20,000 bases of DNA, taken from NCBI GenBank assembly GCA_049999805.1, contig JBNGIO010006248.1, forward strand, positions 107,304-127,303, written 5' to 3'. This DNA is from Folioceros fuciformis (taxonomy: Eukaryota). Within the stretch, counting starts at the first letter, position 1, and the number at the start of each line of letters is the position of its first letter. The notes below the pieces were generated by a model. The model was not told the origin of the DNA, ran no database searches, and saw nothing but the letters and a program-made list of their open reading frames with translations. This document shows, in pieces, positions 1-7,224 of this stretch. The translations under genes were made by a program, and so were the position numbers.

Positions 1-522
1 GGCAGGTCCCTGCTGAGCAAATCACATATGAGCGCATCAAGCTCAGGGGTGGAGGTTAAGCCTCCTCCCGCGAGGATGAGCAAGGAGGTGGTGGTGTATG
101 AGGGGCCCCTGGCCAGCACGCTACAGAGAGTCAAGCTGCTCTCTCTGTCGACATGCTGCCTGTCTGTGTCATGTGGCCCTGCTCTCACTTTCTTCACTGC
201 TGGGGATCTCTCGGTGCTGGCCAAGGGAGCCCTGGCGTCGACCATGATGCTGCTCAGTGCTTCCACCACAGCTGCTCTGCACTGGATTGCCAGCCCTTAC
301 GTGCGGAAGTTAACATGGGTTCCAGGCTCCAAGGAAATGGAGGTCGAAATTCTCTCCTGGATGGCTACTTCCTTGCATAAAACCATTAGAATCGCTGATG
401 TCAAGGCGCCTGAGACGCAGCGTCCCTTGGTCACCTTCGCTGCTGAGGGTAACTTTTACTTCATCGACAAAGAGAAGTTCCCGGATCAAGAGCTTCTGAA
501 GAAACTGACACCCCAAACATGA
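1..522 (+). CDS. TMEM70: TMEM70-family (DUF1301) mitochondrial membrane protein, ATP synthase assembly factor homolog; probably 5'-partial
   Basis: The frame is open from base 1, so the ATG at 28 may be internal. Motifs VVYEGPLASTLQRVKLLSLSTCCLSV, two hydrophobic helices (PALTFFT...; GALASTMMLLSASTTAALHW..PYV) and RPLVTFAAEGNFYFID match my recollection of plant TMEM70 homologs. Stop TGA at 520-522. Confidence 0.85.
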   Translation, partial: GRSLLSKSHMSASSSGVEVKPPPARMSKEVVVYEGPLASTLQRVKLLSLSTCCLSVSCGPALTFFTAGDLSVLAKGALASTMMLLSASTTAALHWIASPYVRKLTWVPGSKEMEVEILSWMATSLHKTIRIADVKAPETQRPLVTFAAEGNFYFIDKEKFPDQELLKKLTPQT

Positions 523-840
523 CATTCAGAGTGATCTCTTTAATTCGAGTTTATTCCAAGTTCTTCTAGTGTCGGGCTGAAGTATCGTGCCCTTCGCACC
601 TCTTCTAAAACCTAACAACACTTGTCATTTTTTTAAACCTACTTTGTCTTGGATGATTGGCTTAATTCGCCAGTTTTCGACTCTGTAATTGGTGGTGCAA
701 TGTCATCGTCCAGGGAAACGATCAAATCTGATCGCTGTGTGGAAAAACATACAACCGTGATGACTCGACCAGGTAATGAGACGTTATCGACCGAAATGAA
801 ACATGAATGGAGAGCGGAGTACATATTCGCCATAGTACAC

Positions 841-2514
841 TTACCGGTTCGGGCTCTGGTCTCTGTGGCCAGTGGACATAGTCCCATCAGAGCGCTGTCC
901 GGTCTCAGGTCGATTGAGGATCCGCTTCGTTGATCTCGTAGAGTCTTGCTTCCACTTTGCCCTCTTCGTATCCTGCCCCAGCTCCTTGTCCATCTTCTCG
1001 TCGTCAGAATCCCAGTCCTTTCCCCATGCGGTGAGCCAGTCAGGATGCATGCGCTTGCCACAGGTTGGCCTGCAGCATCGCCTCTCTGAGCCTCGAAACC
1101 AGACTAGTAAACAGTGCACGTGGTAAAGGCAGCCACACGAAGCCCCCACGAAGTCTAAGCAGTGAAACCATCTCTCACACACCGGGCAAGGCTTAATCAC
1201 AAGAGTTTCGGGAAGCCGAAGATCTTCCGGATAGTCGGTTGCCTGAGGGATGGCTCTGGGAACAACGCTCAGGTCCGTGGCCTCCTTGTAACGCTCGGTG
1301 ATGAGGGCGCGAACTTGTAACAAAGTCGCCGCCCGCTCCTCCCTCGCCTGCTCATATTGCAATTGCTTCTCACAATCCCTGTGCTCACGGATCGCTTGCT
1401 CTGCCATCTCCTTCGACTTTGCCTGCTCCGCTTCAACCAGCTTCTTCATATTATCGAGCTTGCCCAACGACGTCGCTAATGATTCAGTCTGCTCAGCCGT
1501 AAGCGCCAAAATGCCCGTGAGAAATTCCATGTCTGACTTCAACTGCGAGATGTGGTATTCATCCTTGCCGTTCTCGGGGTTCAACACCTTCTTCTCCTCA
1601 AACACATCTTGCAGCTTCTTCTCTAAACTTCGCCTTTCGCGCTGAAGCTTATCATGCCGCTCCCTTGTCTCCTGCGTTTGCTGCGCAACCTCTTCACTTC
1701 TCTCCTTGTTCTTGTCCAGCAACCTCAGCGCCTGCTCCCGCTCCTCCGCAATCAAAATCCTCCTTCTCTCCAAGTGCTGGACACAGCTCTGCGCATCCTC
1801 CAAGTGCCGCCTCACTTTCAGCTCTCGAGCTTTCGCTCTCGAAACCTGCTCCTCGTGGCTCTCCTCCCTCGCCCTCTTCTCCAACTCCTTCTGGTAAACC
1901 AGGTCCATCGTCGGATTTTGACGATCCTCCAAGTACATTCTGAAACACTGTCGCAGCTTCGAGGGACGCGATTTCCACTCCTCCTCCCCCTTTACACATG
2001 CAACCTCTCGATCCTCCTCCTCCTCATCGTCACCGTCGTCATCATCAGCAGGACAGATTTGCCTCTTCTGGTTCCACTTCTTGGGATTCCGATCTGCCCG
2101 TTGCCGTTTGAACTGTGCCTCGAACGCAAAGCTCGCCCAGTCCACTGTCAAGCCGTAACGACGGTCGGCAATCAAACCGCGGACAAATGCCAGTCCCACT
2201 CGCCTCTTCTTACTCGTCGGTATCCCGTACACCTTCTCCAGCATTAGCTGAGCAAATTGAACCATTCCCTCATCCGGATTCCCATCCTCGTCCACAACAG
2301 AACGGATCAAATAACCTCGCCCGCCCGGTACTGCTGTAAACACCTCATCTACAGCCTGCCGCGACACAATCAGCTCAAATTCCTTGTCGCCGGGATTTGC
2401 ACCTTTGTTACTCAACCCCAAACTATCCCGATAGTACTCCAGCGGGTTTGTCGTTTGCTGCAGCCCATCCAGGCTCAAGACCTGCCTCAGCTGCCCTTCA
2501 TTACCATCCGCCAT
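841..2514 (-). CDS. Intronless 557-aa protein with an acidic tract, a long coiled coil and a C-terminal atypical RING-like zinc finger (putative E3 ligase or transposon-derived gene)
   Basis: Uninterrupted 1674-bp GC-rich ORF. Contains DDDDGDDEEEED, a ~200-aa E/K/R/Q-rich heptad region and CPVC-x13-CGC-x2-H-x2-C-x11-C-x4-C followed by HPDWLTAWG. Confidence 0.8.
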   Translation of the reverse strand: MADGNEGQLRQVLSLDGLQQTTNPLEYYRDSLGLSNKGANPGDKEFELIVSRQAVDEVFTAVPGGRGYLIRSVVDEDGNPDEGMVQFAQLMLEKVYGIPTSKKRRVGLAFVRGLIADRRYGLTVDWASFAFEAQFKRQRADRNPKKWNQKRQICPADDDDGDDEEEEDREVACVKGEEEWKSRPSKLRQCFRMYLEDRQNPTMDLVYQKELEKRAREESHEEQVSRAKARELKVRRHLEDAQSCVQHLERRRILIAEEREQALRLLDKNKERSEEVAQQTQETRERHDKLQRERRSLEKKLQDVFEEKKVLNPENGKDEYHISQLKSDMEFLTGILALTAEQTESLATSLGKLDNMKKLVEAEQAKSKEMAEQAIREHRDCEKQLQYEQAREERAATLLQVRALITERYKEATDLSVVPRAIPQATDYPEDLRLPETLVIKPCPVCERWFHCLDFVGASCGCLYHVHCLLVWFRGSERRCCRPTCGKRMHPDWLTAWGKDWDSDDEKMDKELGQDTKRAKWKQDSTRSTKRILNRPETGQRSDGTMSTGHRDQSPNR

Positions 2515-3058
2515 CTCTGTACCCCCGGTAATCTCTGCAAGAACTTGTCACTTTTAGTTGTGACGATGCTAACCGTCCATCACCATCATCCCAATATCAG
2601 CATACACTGCAATCATGAAACGAATGTGGAAACCGCCTCCAGTAGATATCACATCAGTCACCAAACGGAGTCTGTTGTTTTATTTCGACCAAGCGTGAAG
2701 AAGACGAAGGTGCGCTGCGTGCGCATAGAGATAGCGCTCTTCGTTCAAATTCACAAGTAAATTAAAATATAGTTGTATGAAAAAGAGATCAGAAAAATTA
2801 ATCTCCCGTGCTATGTGGGACAATGTTATGGCATACCAAGGACATTGGGGAGGTATCTATGAGTATATACTTTTTGATGCCCAAGATGCTCTTTTTGCTA
2901 TGTTTGGTAGGGTTGCTTCATAGCACAAGGCTGCGAAGCCGCAAGGCTCTCAACGAGCTTGCATTGCAGCGATCATAGGCTGACCCTCACTGCCATCACC
3001 ATCTTTTAGGACAATTCATGAAAGACGAATTTCAACAACCCAAGCAAAGGACCTGCTC

Positions 3059-3333
3059 GTTGCTAAAGAAACCAAGCGAAGTCTTCTTTCTTATGACAAA
3101 GTTGTTAAAGAAACCAAGCGAAGTCTTCTTTCTTTATGACAAAGTTGCTAAAGAAACCAAGCGAAGTCTTCTTTCTTATGACAAAGTTGCTAAAGAAACC
3201 AAGTGAAGTCTTCTTTCTTATGACAAAGTTGCTAAAGAAACCAAGCGAAATCTTCTTTCTTGCGACAAAGTTGCTAAAGAAACCAAGCGAAGTCTTGTTT
3301 CTTATGACAAAGTTGCTAAACAAACCAAGCAAA
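3059..3333. repeat. Minisatellite, 42-bp unit, ~6.5 copies
   Basis: Unit GTTGCTAAAGAAACCAAGCGAAGTCTTCTTTCTTATGACAAA starts at 3059, 3101 (43 bp, extra T), 3144, 3186, 3228, 3270 and 3312 (partial). Confidence 0.97.
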
Positions 3334-3413
3334 GCCCCGTTTCTTCCCAGCTAGCAGCTATGAACTCCTCATGACTAACTGCTGCTTTCTTGCCACCTAC
3401 CCTCACGCACTAG

Positions 3414-3497
3414 AATGGGCCTCAGCCCTTACGCACCAAGTATGCTACCTATAACAATGGACCTCAGCTCATGTGCATCAAGCACGCTACCTACTAC
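3414..3497. repeat. Degenerate 42-bp tandem duplication, unrelated to the adjacent array
   Basis: AATGGGCCTCAGCCCTTACGCACCAAGTATGCTACCTATAAC at 3414 versus AATGGACCTCAGCTCATGTGCATCAAGCACGCTACCTACTAC at 3456. Confidence 0.75.
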
Positions 3498-3511
3498 TTA
3501 TAGATTCGAGC

Positions 3512-4480
3512 ATGCCTCAAGCACTCGTCATCTTTGGTAGGCACATGGCTTCACGACAAGTGAGGGTGTTTGGGTGTGGAATATGCACAAGGTGTGGAAA
3601 ATGAAATATGAAGATGGGGACATTCCTGGACACATTCCTGCAAAGGGAGAAAGGTTTGCAGGGATAATGGCACTGCCTGTGTATGGTGTGGACAATGAGG
3701 ACAATGGCAACTATAGCATTCCACGACTGTAATTTGGCCGCAATGATGCACTTGAAGCACCTAGGTGGCATTGCACACGGTTGCAATGCTAACCGGGGTA
3801 AGATATTGGCACAGCCACTGATCCTACATCGACGTGTATAGGAGGGAGAGTATAAACTACCACTAACAGCGTGCGCAGGTGTGCAACAGTCAAAAGATGC
3901 AAGGGACAAGGCGTTCAAGGCCAGGCTGAAGTGTACTAACTACTTCTCGGACATGTATCAATTGCATCATGTTCTTATGACTGTCTATTTCTATAGTAGA
4001 CAGAGGAACATGCAATTGGAAGAGTAGTTATGGGTGTGGTCGGAGGACGATTGCACAATGTGGACGTGGCGAGGTATGAACATCTTGCAAAAATTGTATG
4101 GGCGTGTTTGAGAGATGTCGCAGCAAAGCAATATGGTGAAGTGCAACTGGAAGAAATGCATGGGGGGCAACCAGCGAAGGGTGCTTGTCGAATTGCATGG
4201 TAGACAATTTGTATGTGGAGAGGGAGAGGATGCCAGCTTGTCTATGTTGTGAGTGAGATGCGTTGAGCCCGTCAAATGTGAATACCCGATTGTAATGGAA
4301 ATGATGTTGATTATAAAGTGGTTTTGAGCAAACTAAAACCATATTTGGCTGAGTAGAAGCAAAGAAGCGTGGATGTTTTGTTGTGTCCGACATTGAACTT
4401 GGTGCAACCAATAGACCAGGAAAAAGGTAGGAAGGGACATGGAGTAGGGGAGGGAGCACATGGTACAATGAAGCCAACTG
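3512..4480 (+). pseudogene. Possible decayed coding relic (transposon-like), family unassigned
   Basis: TG/CA-rich, relatively CpG-poor stretch between repeat arrays. One + frame runs from 3668 to ~4324 with only four stops (TAG 3839, TAG 4025, TGA 4109, TGA 4250), each a single transition away from CAG/CGA/TGG. No domain recognised. Confidence 0.25.
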
Positions 4481-4534
4481 TGCGGCCAAAGCTATAGATT
4501 GGCCATGATCAGAGGTGAGGGGGTGGGTGTGTAG

Positions 4535-4696
4535 CTTGGGGGCCTCAGGTCATCACCGCTTGCGGTGGCTTGAGGCCCCTACTACATTGCTGTATGATGG
4601 AGTGGGCTACAACTTGGGGGGCTCAGGCCATCACCGTTTGCAGCAGTCTGAGGCCCCTCCTACATTGCTATATGACGGAGCAGGAGGTCTACAACC
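4535..4696. repeat. 78-bp tandem duplication, each unit containing an inverted repeat
   Basis: Units start CTTGGGGG at 4535 and 4613. Both contain CTCAGG(T/C)CATCACCG...TGAGGCCCCT(A/C)CTACATTGCT(G/A)TATGA(T/C)GGAG. Confidence 0.85.
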
Positions 4697-5006
4697 ATGG
4701 TGCCTAAGGCCATGGAGTCCACCCCGAGGAATGTAAGACTGTAAAGGGGAGGATGATGGTTGCACATAGGGCATCGAAGGCATGAGACGTGGGCTTGGCC
4801 ATTGCTCAACTAGGGAGGGATAGGGGGAGGCATAGGTGTGGCGGGATAGGGGGAGCCGCGTGTATGTGTGCTAAGCGGGAAGCTATGAGTAGGGGTATTT
4901 TCCTCAAATAAAGTTTTCTCGTTTTGTCTAAAAGGGAAGCGCGAGCCCTTGCCACCCGTCCCTTGAGTGTGAGTAATTCAGCTACTTTGGCAAGATCAAT
5001 TTGATT

Positions 5007-5325
5007 TGCCAACCCTAAATGATGAGCATTCACTGTGTAAAAAGGCCTGCCAACCCTAAACGACGAACATGCACTGTTTGAAAAGGAGTGCCAACCCTAA
5101 ACGATGAGCATGCACTGTGGGAAAAGGCCTACCAACCCTAAATGACGAGCATGCACTATATGAAAAGGCCTGCCAACCCTAAAGGACAGAGCTTGCACTA
5201 TGCGAAAAGGCTTGCCAACTCTAAACGACAAGCTTGCACTGTGTGAAAAGACCTACCAACTCTAAACGATAAGCTTGCACTATGTGAAAAGACCTGCTAA
5301 TCCTAAACGGCAAGCATGCACTATG
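5007..5325. repeat. Minisatellite, 41-bp unit, ~7.7 copies, with a telomere-like AACCCTAAA core
   Basis: Consensus TGCCAACCCTAAACGACGAGCATGCACTGTGTGAAAAGGCC starts at 5007, 5048, 5089, 5130, 5171, 5213, 5254 and 5295. Confidence 0.95.
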
Positions 5326-6172
5326 CCGTGACGATTTACTAAACCGTACCCATATTTCTTTACAAAGGTTTGGATGGCCAGTTCAGAATTTTTTTCCAAT
5401 AGCTAAAACTTTGTGCCCAAGCACAAAATAACCCTTCTTGTTCCTTAAAAGAAAGATTTCCAAGAGACCCCTCTCTCTAGTTTTATATGCCATACAATGA
5501 GCAACACTTTGGATTCAATCCAAATCCAGAAGCTGCGACTACGAATGCGACTGCGATGCCTATGGAATACGGATATAGACATATGATCCTCCATTAGGTT
5601 CTTTTTTTTAATCGTATGTTTTACATGAATAGGAATCTTCCTTATATATATGGATATTAGGGCTCATCACATCACAAGCTGCCATATGGTATGAGGTTGT
5701 TTTTCTTCTATCTTTGTTACTTGAGTGGACTGAACAAGAAACTAAAAGAATCTTCTTGGGGATTCTACTTTCTTTCTTCACCATTCACAATGTTTTTGCA
5801 TGCACGGGACGAATCACAATGTTTCTGCATGCACCGCCATTCTTTTAGACTTCAACCTACACCTCAGCAGGCGCATAGGAGTATTGATCTACACTTGCTC
5901 AGTGAAGGAACCTACAGCCTTGCAATTGTAGGTTGAGGATTTCTGAGGTAGAGGGTTTGGACATTGAGTTGTAGATGACGGGATGCAGGAGACTTGAGAA
6001 GCCCTTGGAAAATGCCTCTCACCTTGTCTCTTTAATACCATTACTGTTTTACTTACAAATGCCTTGTAAGCATGTATGTATCGTAGTCGCAAACCTAAGC
6101 CTTTCACAAGGTGTGTGTTTTGTGTAGGTGCATCTACTTTACTTGGCTTTAATGACTCTATGTAGTGAGTGT

Positions 6173-6380
6173 AGGAGCAGGATGGAGCCATTGAAGGTGT
6201 ACTTACAGCCATGGACAGAAGAGGAGGAGAAGGATGGAGCCATTGGAGGTGTACTTACAACCATGGACAGAAGAGGAGGAGCAGGATGGAGCCATTGGAG
6301 GTGTACTTATAGCCATGGACAGAAGAGGAGGAGCAGGATGGAGCCATTGGAGGTGTACTTATAGCCATGGACAAAGGAGG
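6173..6380. repeat. Minisatellite, 52-bp unit, ~4 copies (inside the TIR element)
   Basis: GGATGGAGCCATTG(G/A)AGGTGTACTTA..CCATGGACAGAAGAGGAGGAG(C/A)A starts at 6180, 6232, 6284 and 6336. Confidence 0.95.
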
Positions 6381-6424
6381 CCACTCCATAGGCCTGGAGC
6401 GACATTTATCTTCTTCGGTGTTTG

Positions 6425-6516
6425 TTGAGGGTCTTTGCATAAAGGCCCATGGAGTCTGTGCTTTTGCTTTTGAGGGTCTTTGCATAAAGGCCCATGGAGT
6501 CTGTGCTTTTGCTTTT
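6425..6516. repeat. Perfect 45-bp tandem duplication (inside the TIR element)
   Basis: TTGAGGGTCTTTGCATAAAGGCCCATGGAGTCTGTGCTTTTGCTT at 6425 and 6470. Confidence 0.95.
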
Positions 6517-6898
6517 GTCCGTGTTCATATGTTGGGACATGTGCCCCTCACGGGGTTGGAATAAAGACGGTCTAAACTCATTCCCCATACTATGTGGTTC
6601 ATTGTCCCCCATATGGATTGTTGCCTTGCGTGGAGGAAGAAAGACATGGTTAGCGATGAGCCTTCCTTGAAAGGAGAATGGCTTGGGTTCGGGTGAAGGA
6701 GGAGACGGAAAGTATGCTGCCTTCCATGTGATGCCACGGAATCCTCAAGGGGATCGTGTGAGGGAAGCATTGATTTGTTGTGTGCAATGGGTGAGGAAAA
6801 AAAAACTTGTCTATTGACGATGGCCAGATGGGGATGGTTCGATCGGGACGCCCTGAAAAAAGCCGCCCGAAACAGCGTTAAAAAACTGGACCGTATAG

Positions 6899-6966
6899 TC
6901 TACGGTGGTGTCAGTATCGGTATACGGCGGTGTCCGTATCGGTATACGGCGGTGTCCGTATCGATA
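6899..6966. repeat. Subterminal 22-bp repeats, ~3 copies
   Basis: TACGG(T/C)GGTGTC(A/C)GTATCG(G/A)TA at 6901, 6923 and 6945, running into the right TIR. Confidence 0.85.
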
Positions 6967-7224
6967 TTCCATAGATGCCTCCGGCAGGTTGTTGCTGCAT
7001 TTTCTGATTATTAGTAATTAATTTAATATTTATGGCTTGGGATTTTTTTAATTTTTATTTACAAACCAAATCCTCCTTATGAGTGTAGACACTCCGCACG
7101 AGTCCATGGTGGAAGTGAACAGGACGTCTAAGCTGATGTGCTGATCCTTCAAGTCTGTGAGAAAGATGATCCAACTCCCAGTCTGGAACGTTACGATTGA
7201 GTCCAGCAGAAGGCTAGGAGATCC

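Larger units (their letters stand above)
5561..6973. mobile_element. Non-autonomous TIR DNA transposon (~1.4 kb, hAT/Tag1-like ends)
   Basis: Left end CTATGGAATACGGATATAGACA (5560-5581) matches the reverse complement of the right end, CTATGGAATATCGATACGGACA (6953-6974), at 18/22. Flanking direct repeat GATGCC at 5555-5560 and 6974-6979. Subterminal 22-bp repeats at the right end. No transposase ORF inside. Confidence 0.7.

Noticed and set aside
561..600. Possible Helitron 3' end (CTAG with a nearby weak hairpin) downstream of the RING gene
   Set aside because: Stems are only ~4 bp. On the minus strand CTAG is followed by A rather than T, and the plus-strand CTAGT has no upstream hairpin.
3018..3354. 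ORFs with MTKLLKKPSEVFFL repeats
   Set aside because: By-products of a 42-bp unit divisible by 3; a 1-bp insertion in copy 2 shifts the frame.
5007..5325. Interstitial telomere tract
   Set aside because: Only one CCCTAAA per 41-bp unit, not a tandem (CCCTAAA)n run.
5440..5480. Putative TIR similarity between 5455-5480 (reverse complement) and 18690-18715 or 2848-2865
   Set aside because: Only short, weak matches and no target-site duplication could be identified.
3059..6516. CRISPR-like appearance of the 41-52 bp arrays
   Set aside because: Units are head-to-tail with no unique spacers, there are no cas genes, and the context is eukaryotic.
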